Shown here: one piece after another, positions 53,154 to 60,069 of the stretch
How the letters are laid out: each line of letters begins with the position of its first letter
Numbering within the stretch: position 1 is the stretch's first letter
Origin: a virus
Taxonomy: Duplodnaviria; Caudoviricetes
Reading direction: 5' to 3' (one strand)
Virus record (IMG/VR): IMGVR_UViG_3300047557_001236
Location: 1 to 60,069 of that record
DNA length: 60,069 nucleotides
Notes under the pieces: model-generated
The model's database searches: none
The model's input: only the letters and a program-made list of their open reading frames with translations
What the model was told of the DNA's origin: nothing
Translations under genes and position numbers: made by a program

Positions 53154-54725
53154 TTATACGTTGTAGTAACCTTTGTTACGTCTGGATCTAAACTCTAGTG
53201 GCTCGTCTTCTTCATCGGAGTCTAGCGGTATAAACCCACCTCTTCTAAACCGCAGCATCGCTTGGGTCATCGAGTCAACCAAGTCATCATGGTCTCCGCT
53301 TGGAAACGACGCTACCTCTTCAACTAATTCTTCCGCCCACGAGGTATTTGGAACCCAAACCCTCCCACTTGCAAATATATCAGCAACTGCGTTCAAACGG
53401 GCAATTTTATCGTTACCTTTTGATGGAACGTATTCCTGAACAGGTATACCCATTTGTCTAAGTTCAAATACTAGTGGTGCCCCCGACGCTTTAGCTTCTA
53501 CTATTAGACAGTCTGGTTCCCACTCTTTATAGTGTTCCATCGCTTTCTGTTTTAGCTCTGGAAACTCCATCCGCTCTTTAAATGCATTGAGCAGAATTAT
53601 ATTCGGGACATCTATCCCTCTAGCGTTGGGTTGGTAGAACACTCCCCAAGTAGTACAAGCGCAGTAGTCTGACCGCTGAGTCTTCAAAAACGCCGTATCC
53701 CAAGACTGTATAGTGAACTCGCAAAACGGCGGCGTCTCATGCTCCCAGATATTCCACCATTCTCGTTTAATGATTGCGCTCACGTCCGAGGTCGGCGCTT
53801 GCATATATTGTGCCATCCACTTGGCATTGGGCAACTCGGTCTTTAGAGCAGTTAACTCCTTTAAACTCCAAAAGTCAGGCCACAGCGGCAAGCCATCGGG
53901 CAAAATTGCAGGAAACTCAATGACTTCCCACTTCTCACCACTGCGTTGTTCGGCGGCTTTTACTACTTGTGCAGTCAAATCCTTCTTTGACCACCGTGTC
54001 ATCACAATAATGATGGATCCCCCTGGTTGTAGACGCTGACGAGGGCCTGATGTATACCACTCATATACTTTGTCATAGACTTCTGGGTTGCTCTCGGCTA
54101 AGGTTGCCTCTTGTTCCGAGTGAGGGTCGTCAATAATGAGGATATCCGCACCTTTACCCGTGACAGCACCACCCACACCGATAGCAAAATAGTCTCCCCC
54201 CTTGTTTGTTGCCCACCGCCCAGCAGCTTTAGAGTCAGCCTGTAGTCCAACTCCAGGGAAGATAGTCTTATAAACGTCGGAGTCCACAAGATTACGGACT
54301 TTACGTCCGAAGCCAACTGCAAGCTCGGCTGTATGAGAAGTCTGAATAATCTTTTTCTGTGGATACTTACCCAAGAACCAAGCTGGTAACAAGTATGAAG
54401 CAAACTCAGACTTAGTATGACGAGGAGGCATGTTAATAATAAGTCGCTTACACTCTCCAGCCGCAACTCGCTCAAAGGCTGCTGCCATTTCATCGTGGTG
54501 GGCTCCTTCTATAAAGTTAGGCCAGACTTTTTTGACAAAAGCCATGAAATTATCTTGCGCATCCTCGGTATCCACCTTTTCTACGGTGTCACCAAGCTTC
54601 TCATACCAAACACGCAGGTCAGCTTCGCCTAAATTATCTAAGTTATCAGCTAAAAACTGTAATTCAGCCGGAGTTAAATCGACTTTTTCGACTTTTTGTA
54701 TATTTTGAGAAACAATTTGGCTCAT
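53154..54725 (-). CDS. terL: Terminase large subunit
   Basis: MPPRHTKS Walker A, GKGAD.LIIDDP, MTRW, QSWDTA, HDDLVDS nuclease motif. Confidence 0.95.
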   Translation of the reverse strand: MSQIVSQNIQKVEKVDLTPAELQFLADNLDNLGEADLRVWYEKLGDTVEKVDTEDAQDNFMAFVKKVWPNFIEGAHHDEMAAAFERVAAGECKRLIINMPPRHTKSEFASYLLPAWFLGKYPQKKIIQTSHTAELAVGFGRKVRNLVDSDVYKTIFPGVGLQADSKAAGRWATNKGGDYFAIGVGGAVTGKGADILIIDDPHSEQEATLAESNPEVYDKVYEWYTSGPRQRLQPGGSIIIVMTRWSKKDLTAQVVKAAEQRSGEKWEVIEFPAILPDGLPLWPDFWSLKELTALKTELPNAKWMAQYMQAPTSDVSAIIKREWWNIWEHETPPFCEFTIQSWDTAFLKTQRSDYCACTTWGVFYQPNARGIDVPNIILLNAFKERMEFPELKQKAMEHYKEWEPDCLIVEAKASGAPLVFELRQMGIPVQEYVPSKGNDKIARLNAVADIFASGRVWVPNTSWAEELVEEVASFPSGDHDDLVDSMTQAMLRFRRGGFIPLDSDEEDEPLEFRSRRNKGYYNV

Positions 54726-55342
54726 TTGACCTCTTTAACCTCAACGTCAACCGCTTCTTCTTTTGGTTTTAGCTGCGCTAGACGACTTTCTGTCTTACTT
54801 TTGTTCTCAATCTGTTGTTTTTGCATAAGTTGTGCAATTCTTTCCTTAATCGCAGCCTTCAACTCCTCGCTAGTGCGGTGCGTAATAGTGATTTCAGCAC
54901 GCTCAGTGAACAAATCTGATGCTTTTCCTAGTAATTCCAAGGCTTTGAGCGCTGTTTTGTTATCTTCGTCCTTGCTAATTTCCATCAATCTGTTGACTAC
55001 GATGGTCCGAACCTGAATTTTGTCTGCGACAACCTGCTTTTCGTACTCAGATATATAGTCACCCAGTTTTAATGCCACATTGACATTCTTTAACGCAACT
55101 TCGTTTGCGCCGGGTTTCTTATCTTTATCTTCTTGTGCTGGGTCTACCTGCATACGCTCGAACATTTCTTTAGCTTTTGCGTCTTCTTCAGGCGACACGC
55201 TAGTCTCGAGGCCGAGTTCTCGTAGCAGAAGTGCAGTGTTACCGGCGATCTTGGCTCGCTCAGTCATATTTTTGCCACCCTTACTATAGTGCGGGGCAAC
55301 AGGTATCGGTTTGTCGAGGTTTGGCTCAACGGGTATAGGCAT
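54722..55342 (-). CDS. terS: Putative terminase small subunit
   Basis: ATGA overlap with terL; ALKALELLGK...LF.E. Confidence 0.7.
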   Translation of the reverse strand: MPIPVEPNLDKPIPVAPHYSKGGKNMTERAKIAGNTALLLRELGLETSVSPEEDAKAKEMFERMQVDPAQEDKDKKPGANEVALKNVNVALKLGDYISEYEKQVVADKIQVRTIVVNRLMEISKDEDNKTALKALELLGKASDLFTERAEITITHRTSEELKAAIKERIAQLMQKQQIENKSKTESRLAQLKPKEEAVDVEVKEVK

Positions 55343-55390
55343 ACAACCTTCTTGTCAGGTATATATGTGCGGAGTTTAGCAGGAATTTGT

Positions 55391-55490
55391 AAAAAGAAAA
55401 GGGGTGTAGATTTGGCAGCTGTTTCGTGTAACGTGGAAAGCCGCAAAAACCGTTACTTGCTGCATCCTCTAGTGGCGGCTTAACCACCCC
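55391..55490 (-). ncRNA. Candidate pseudoknotted small RNA / late-operon leader
   Basis: Nested stems plus a 7-bp pseudoknot, followed on the minus strand by TTTTCTTTTT. Confidence 0.55.
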
Positions 55491-56001
55491 GCAAAATAAT
55501 ATACACCAAGGAGACGGGACTCCAAAATATTTGGTGGGGGGCCATTTCGCTATTAACGCAGCTGTACTTCCCATGGAAAAAAGTAGACCCCCCGGGGGGT
55601 GTAAGTTTAAATGAAAGTTTGGTTGCTGTATGTTTTAGGTTATGTATTACGTGAGAATAGGATAATTTAAAAGGGTGACAAAAAGTCGGGCTCATTTTTA
55701 AATTGCGTAATTGGTTGTGCAGATTATTGTGTATATATCGTTCTAGGTTCCATCAACTGTTATTTGGGGGGTCAGGTAGTGGTGGGGTGTGAACTTGCCA
55801 AAAATTTTATGGGCTATGCCTAGTTGTAATTAAATACTCCAATGCTAGTTATGTGGTCGAAATTTTTTTTGACCCTTTCGGCTCGGCTCGGCTTGTGTGC
55901 GGTTGTAGTCGTTTGCCTGTAAAAATCCTACACTATTACATTGGTTCAGGTAATATAAAGGTATGGGGTAATCAAGCCCTATATTATTTGCGAGGTGCAT
56001 T

Positions 56002-56187
56002 ATGACTAGAGGTATTTGGGTAGTTGAATGGATAAGTGGTAATGAAATGCTTACTAAGTTTTTTCATTATGAATCAGACGCTAGAAAGTTTTGCCAAGAT
56101 TTATATAACGAGTGCCTGATTGTTGGTGATGTGTTCCGAGATGATTACAGGGTTTATTCTGATCTCGCTGAGCAAGGTTTATTGTAG
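56002..56187 (+). CDS. Early hypothetical protein (acidic)
   Basis: SD GAGGTG before ATG. Confidence 0.65.
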   Translation: MTRGIWVVEWISGNEMLTKFFHYESDARKFCQDLYNECLIVGDVFRDDYRVYSDLAEQGLL

Positions 56188-56222
56188 TGCGGTTTGAGGG
56201 TTGCCGATTCAGCCCTCGCTTT

Positions 56223-56253
56223 GCACAATTCAAGGTCGTATCTTGGTTTGTGC
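56223..56253. repeat. 31-bp imperfect palindrome, copy 1
   Basis: GCACAATTCAAG-GTCGTAT-CTTGGTTTGTGC. Confidence 0.8.
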
Positions 56254-56273
56254 GTTTTTATGGAGATGTAATC

Positions 56274-57005
56274 ATGCCAAATAAGGCAAATACTAAAGTA
56301 GTAAACCCTTTTGAGGGTGTAGTGAATCAGGTTGTAAATCCCGATGGTTCTGTCGTTCCTGTGCAGTATGTGGCTAATCCTGCTGAGGTCTATAACTTAT
56401 CGGCTGAGGAGTTTGCCGATTTGACGGATTTAGCAGAGGATTGGTTCAATGGTTGCGACCTACTCGGCAAAGGTAAAACCTTGCGTTCTGATACCGCCAA
56501 GGCTATCAAGAAAATGCTTGGTGAGTTGCCTGAGTTTGCCAAGTATCACGCCTACCGCCAAGCATTTATCAATCAAATGCTTAGTTCGGGCAAAACCAAG
56601 AACGATACCTCGGCTGGTCAGATGTGGAACGAGTTGATCGATTTGGTGCGTGATATATGCAAACCCTTTGCTATACCCAAATCACCCAAGGCTAATGCTC
56701 AGCGTATGCAGTCAAAGCGAGATCAGGAACGCAAGGCGTTGGAATCGCTTAGTGATGATGAGTTGCTGTCGGCTTTGGCTAATTACACTGATAGCAAACA
56801 GTTCACCAAGTGCAATATGGTGCAGACTGTATTGACTCAGCGTGAAAAACTTAGGGTTAAAAATGACCCCAAGTTAATCAAGGCTCAAGAGGAATTGAAA
56901 GCCAAGCGGGATTCGATTATTGCAGATGTTCGCAAAATTAAATCTATGGATCACCTAGCCAAGATCCAATCATACATGGCTCAGTATGTTCCTAAAGTTG
57001 TCTAA
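56274..57005 (+). CDS. Early hypothetical protein
   Basis: SD GGAG before ATG 56274; followed by two terminators. Confidence 0.75.
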   Translation: MPNKANTKVVNPFEGVVNQVVNPDGSVVPVQYVANPAEVYNLSAEEFADLTDLAEDWFNGCDLLGKGKTLRSDTAKAIKKMLGELPEFAKYHAYRQAFINQMLSSGKTKNDTSAGQMWNELIDLVRDICKPFAIPKSPKANAQRMQSKRDQERKALESLSDDELLSALANYTDSKQFTKCNMVQTVLTQREKLRVKNDPKLIKAQEELKAKRDSIIADVRKIKSMDHLAKIQSYMAQYVPKVV

Positions 57006-57020
57006 TTAGTCAGTTTTACC

Positions 57021-57073
57021 AAGCCCTCGAAAGAGGGCTTTTTTTCGCCTAGCATTTTTGCTAGGCTTTTTTT
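57021..57073 (+). terminator. Two tandem intrinsic terminators
   Basis: AAGCCCTC-GAAA-GAGGGCTT+T tract and GCCTAGCA-TTTT-TGCTAGGC+T tract. Confidence 0.88.
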
Positions 57074-57175
57074 ATTTCTTCACCCTCTTTAGTTCCCTAT
57101 CTCAATAGGGAACGGTCATTGTAGCAACGCAATAGCCCTTTCTGACTTCGGGCTTTTTGACTTATGCTGGAGTCC

Positions 57176-57204
57176 AGCATAACAAAATTTATTTTGTTTG
57201 TCAA
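57176..57204 (-). promoter_or_regulatory. Leftward sigma70-type promoter overlapped by a 21-bp palindrome
   Basis: TTGACA-17-TATGCT with TG extension; TTATGCTGGA-G-TCCAGCATAA at 57162-57182. Confidence 0.6.
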
Positions 57205-57210
57205 GCGTGC

Positions 57211-57542
57211 ATTGTTCTAAAAAACCCCCCTATTGTTCTGTATTGTTCTATGCCCTTGGAACATTCCTAACCCCTTGATTTAACTAAGTTTTATTGCGTT
57301 TTTTGGGGTATTGTTCTATTGTTCTGTCAAACTACAAACGCCAACTTTTTTTAGCCCTTCGAGAGACCCCCTTCGCATAGTGCAGAGGTGTTCCAAAGAA
57401 AAATTTGCCCCCCTTAATATAATCTAATAGAACAATAGAACAATATACTAAAACTAACCGCAAAGCCAATACCAGCATGGTTTTCTATTGTTCTATCGCA
57501 CATAGAACATTATCGAACATTACGAACAATACACAGAACATT
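57211..57542. repeat. Iteron-like TTGTTCT/AGAACAA array (origin candidate)
   Basis: About 14 direct and inverted copies; perfect 17-bp inverted pair 57309-57325 / 57429-57445. Confidence 0.75.
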
Positions 57543-57601
57543 CAACCCACAAAGCCCATGCCTACACACGCACACACAAGTAAAATAAATCCTACAAACT
57601 C

Positions 57602-57630
57602 TTGACAAAGTAAGGTATTTGTGGTATACT
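57602..57630 (+). promoter_or_regulatory. Strong sigma70-type early promoter
   Basis: TTGACA-17-TATACT with extended -10 TG. Confidence 0.85.
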
Positions 57631-57676
57631 TAAAGAATGGGATATCGTCTAAATTTTTTGCAACCAAACCCAACCC

Positions 57677-57707
57677 GCACATTTCAAGTTCCCATCTTGA
57701 TTTGTGC
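57677..57707. repeat. 31-bp imperfect palindrome, copy 2
   Basis: GCACATTTCAAG-TTCCCAT-CTTGATTTGTGC. Confidence 0.8.
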
Positions 57708-57725
57708 AACACAAGGAGATGTTAT

Positions 57726-57992
57726 ATGTATCAAGCAAAGTTTCAAACCAACACCGCATACGATACGCACATACTATGCACCGTATGTCATTTCCCCAAA
57801 GTCACCCAAGGTCGCTACGACCACCTCAAAAGCATCAAACAACGCATTACTTGTCATGCCTGCGGTGAGAAGATTGCCGAGCAAGAATCCCGCAAAAAGC
57901 AAAGCCGAGTATTACCCATCAACAAAAGCACCCCGACTTACATCAGCGACCCTGAGATGCTCAAGCAACTAAACCCAAAGAGGACGACATGA
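57726..57992 (+). CDS. Zinc-finger hypothetical protein
   Basis: SD AAGGAG before ATG 57726; CTVC...CHACG. Confidence 0.75.
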   Translation: MYQAKFQTNTAYDTHILCTVCHFPKVTQGRYDHLKSIKQRITCHACGEKIAEQESRKKQSRVLPINKSTPTYISDPEMLKQLNPKRTT

Positions 57993-58354
57993 ACAGGCTA
58001 CTAACAACAGAAAAACTACGGCAAGAAGTAGACGAAATATGGACAAAAACCCAAGCCTATGAAAAAGGCTACCAAGAAGGAAAGGAATACCAAATGAGTG
58101 AACCAAGAGAACCAAGATTTGAAGATGATTTTGATTGCGATACCGACCCTCAAGAACCCATGCCACCCGCATGGTTTGAAACCACTATCGAGGACATTGC
58201 AATCATGAAGTCCCACATCTACGCACAAGAGTATGACCCACACGCAGGCAGGGTCGTGCAAAAGGGCAATTACGCAGAAATCAAGGAAGCATACAAGGCG
58301 GGCTTTCTTGATGGCTTTACCCACCGCCTAACACAACTTAACACAGGAGAATAA
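57989..58354 (+). CDS. Early hypothetical protein (acidic)
   Basis: SD GAGG; ATGA overlap. Confidence 0.65.
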   Translation: MNRLLTTEKLRQEVDEIWTKTQAYEKGYQEGKEYQMSEPREPRFEDDFDCDTDPQEPMPPAWFETTIEDIAIMKSHIYAQEYDPHAGRVVQKGNYAEIKEAYKAGFLDGFTHRLTQLNTGE

Positions 58355-58356
58355 GT

Positions 58357-58539
58357 ATGACTACCTTCACAACCGAAGACCGCATCAATGCGGAAAAAAC
58401 TCAAGAACTTCAAGCCGAGATACGCAATCTCAAGATCGAACTCAAGCACCAAAAAGAACGGGTCGAGAATTGGAAAGCGGCATACGACAAAGTCATGGAC
58501 TACAACAAGAAACTCCTCGCAAAGGGGTGTGACAAATGA
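58357..58539 (+). CDS. Early coiled-coil hypothetical protein
   Basis: SD AGGAG; MTTFTTEDR. Confidence 0.7.
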   Translation: MTTFTTEDRINAEKTQELQAEIRNLKIELKHQKERVENWKAAYDKVMDYNKKLLAKGCDK

Positions 58540-58625
58540 AGTCGTTTTTGCAGATAGGGTTATTCCTACTCATGATCGCCGTATGCGTAGTCTTGTGGTC
58601 AATCAAGTTGGAGTATGGGTTATGA
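58536..58625 (+). CDS. 29-aa single-TM peptide (not in ORF track)
   Basis: MKSFLQIGLFLLMIAVCVVLWSIKLEYGL; ATGA overlaps at both ends. Confidence 0.55.
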   Translation: MKSFLQIGLFLLMIAVCVVLWSIKLEYGL

Positions 58626-58807
58626 CTGAATACTACAAGGGACAACGCATTAGTGAGTTGTTGGGTGAGATTGACAGGCTGACCAAGATATTGGACACCT
58701 TCAAATTCGAGACCCTAAACCAAGCCGAGCAAGACCATGTGACCAAAGCGTTCTCGCAAATGGCAATCATGAAAGCCAAACTCACCGCATTACAGGGGGA
58801 GAAATGA
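58622..58807 (+). CDS. Early hypothetical protein
   Basis: SD GGAG; ATGA-coupled start MTEYYKG. Confidence 0.6.
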   Translation: MTEYYKGQRISELLGEIDRLTKILDTFKFETLNQAEQDHVTKAFSQMAIMKAKLTALQGEK

Positions 58808-59052
58808 ACTCTATGCGTTTAGCCAAGCGAAGGTATCAGATGGAAATGCTGTTAGTTGACGCACTACCAGATGAGCCACCGAGCCCTCAAACTATTCTCG
58901 AGAAAGCCGTGAGTAGGGCAATCGAGGACTTGCAACAGGCTCAAGCAAGGGGTATCAATCGCCGACACAAAGACATATTGATTTGGAAGGCGTGTTTTGA
59001 TTTACGACAAGCATTGGAGAAAGCAAATGAAACAAAGAAAAATAGTAGTTGA
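58804..59052 (+). CDS. Early hypothetical protein
   Basis: SD GGGGAG; ATGA overlap. Confidence 0.65.
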   Translation: MNSMRLAKRRYQMEMLLVDALPDEPPSPQTILEKAVSRAIEDLQQAQARGINRRHKDILIWKACFDLRQALEKANETKKNSS

Positions 59053-59287
59053 AGGCTTAGACATGACCACATATACAGGGACAGAAGACCCATACCATGT
59101 GGTAGGTAGAACTTATCGAACCACAAGCGAGGCATTTAGAGATGCAGAGTATGCGTGTGCCATAGAAAAGCACACCTCAGACTTTCGCCATGCAGTTAGA
59201 TGGTTCTCGGACTTTTTTGTAGCACTATCGTTGGGGAGTATAGCCATATCCCTGCCGATATTCCTTCTTTTATGGCTAACCAAGTAA
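59027..59287 (+). CDS. Early protein with C-terminal TM helix
   Basis: SD GGAG; RT..EAFRDA.YA.AIE; hydrophobic C-terminus. Confidence 0.65.
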   Translation: MKQRKIVVEGLDMTTYTGTEDPYHVVGRTYRTTSEAFRDAEYACAIEKHTSDFRHAVRWFSDFFVALSLGSIAISLPIFLLLWLTK

Positions 59288-59288
59288 T

Positions 59289-59319
59289 GCACAAATCAAG
59301 GCTTAGTCTTGAAATGTGT
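59289..59319. repeat. 31-bp imperfect palindrome, copy 3 (inverted relative to copy 2)
   Basis: GCACAAATCAAG-GCTTAGT-CTTGAAATGTGT. Confidence 0.8.
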
Positions 59320-59344
59320 TCTTTTAACTAACCAAGGAGTAATT

Positions 59345-59863
59345 ATGAATCAAGAAGCAAATGCAGTATTAGAAAAAGCGAAGTCTAACTTATCATCACC
59401 TGACTTCAAAACCATGTCCATCATGGAATCCACCAAGTGGTGTGTAGAGCGTGGTTATGACAAGCCTGCGGACATCTCAAGTATCACAGGCAAAAAAGCG
59501 GGGGTTATCAGCACCGCCTTGTGGAAGATCCGCAACCCCAAGAGGGTCAAGGTTCTAGCCCGTCGTGCCGCTAAGAAAAAAGCGGCGGCTAAGAAAGGTA
59601 GCCCTGCCGTTATGAAGACCAAGAAACCCAAGGTCAAGAACGGCTACTACGAAGATGGTATGGAGACCCCATTCCTTGATGCTTTGAACCGCAGAGGTGT
59701 TTTCCCTGAGTTTGTAAAACCAAAGAGTTTGGAACTAGCAACGGAGTGGCTTGGTGAAACCAAAACCACCACGATTCACAACGAACTCATTGCAGAAAAC
59801 CGCAGGCTCAAGGTTTTGGTCGAGCACTACGAGTCCTTACTTTTTGGTAAGGGAGGCAAGTGA
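59345..59863 (+). CDS. Early basic protein, possibly DNA-binding
   Basis: SD AAGGAG; HTH-like PADISSITGKKAGVISTALWK followed by Lys/Ala-rich tract. Confidence 0.65.
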   Translation: MNQEANAVLEKAKSNLSSPDFKTMSIMESTKWCVERGYDKPADISSITGKKAGVISTALWKIRNPKRVKVLARRAAKKKAAAKKGSPAVMKTKKPKVKNGYYEDGMETPFLDALNRRGVFPEFVKPKSLELATEWLGETKTTTIHNELIAENRRLKVLVEHYESLLFGKGGK

Positions 59864-60069
59864 TGTATAGATCCTCGATGTATAACTCAGCAAGATTGCC
59901 GAGTATCGCCAATTACGACATGGCTAAGAGGATCTACCAAGAGGCTCGACCCATTCGTGGGCGATACCCCGAGGAGAGACCGCTTGGTAAGAACCGCAGA
60001 TACTCATGGATGCAAATTCATGAACGGGTAAGAAGCATAGAGTCTGAAGGTAATCCCGTAGGCGAGTAT
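59863..60069 (+). CDS. Hypothetical protein, truncated by the window end
   Basis: SD GGAGG, TGATG overlap, open frame MYRSSMYNSARLP... to the end. Confidence 0.65.
   Translation, partial: MYRSSMYNSARLPSIANYDMAKRIYQEARPIRGRYPEERPLGKNRRYSWMQIHERVRSIESEGNPVGEY

Noticed and set aside
14487-55289. Many + strand ORFs opposite the virion genes (e.g. 14790..15302, 32883..33197, 35880..36380)
   Set aside because: Antisense shadows of codon-biased or low-complexity genes, without SD or recognisable motifs.
55470-55490. Pistol ribozyme resemblance (GTGG-TTAAGCCG-CCAC hairpin with loop pseudoknot)
   Set aside because: The downstream pistol consensus and spacing are not matched; kept only as an unclassified RNA.
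57211-57542. Mini-CRISPR array
   Set aside because: Repeats are only 7-8 bp, irregularly spaced and in both orientations.
1-60069. tRNA genes, integrase, introns/inteins, stop-codon reassignment
   Set aside because: No cloverleaf or recombinase motifs noticed; polymerase, terminase, portal and capsid are uninterrupted under the standard code. Manual reading could miss weak cases.

Overview
This window is most of a tailed dsDNA bacteriophage genome (Caudoviricetes, podovirus-like virion gene set; host not determinable from the sequence). Layout: (1) 41-14303, + strand: replication/modification arm with a family A DNA polymerase (Leu at the E. coli Phe762 position), Cas4/RecB-like nuclease, glycosyl- and methyltransferases, HNH, SNF2 helicase, HTH and primase-helicase. 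(2) 14387-55342, - strand: terminase, portal, GroES-like, scaffold, capsid, an array of small basic proteins, tail/fibre genes, lysis genes, ejected proteins and a 2239-aa polyvalent protein, interrupted by a + strand 3-gene HNH cassette. (3) About 55650-60069: putative first-injected early region. The most notable signals are outside the ORF track: a sharp-edged 4.4 kb segment lacking seven 4-bp palindromes plus CCWGG and GCWGC; three copies of a 31-bp 12-7-12 imperfect palindrome in front of early genes; an inverted iteron array at a skew switch (origin candidate); four candidate structured RNAs; and a family of small basic proteins sharing a C-terminal peptide tag. All calls come from manual motif reading; no searches or folding programs were run.
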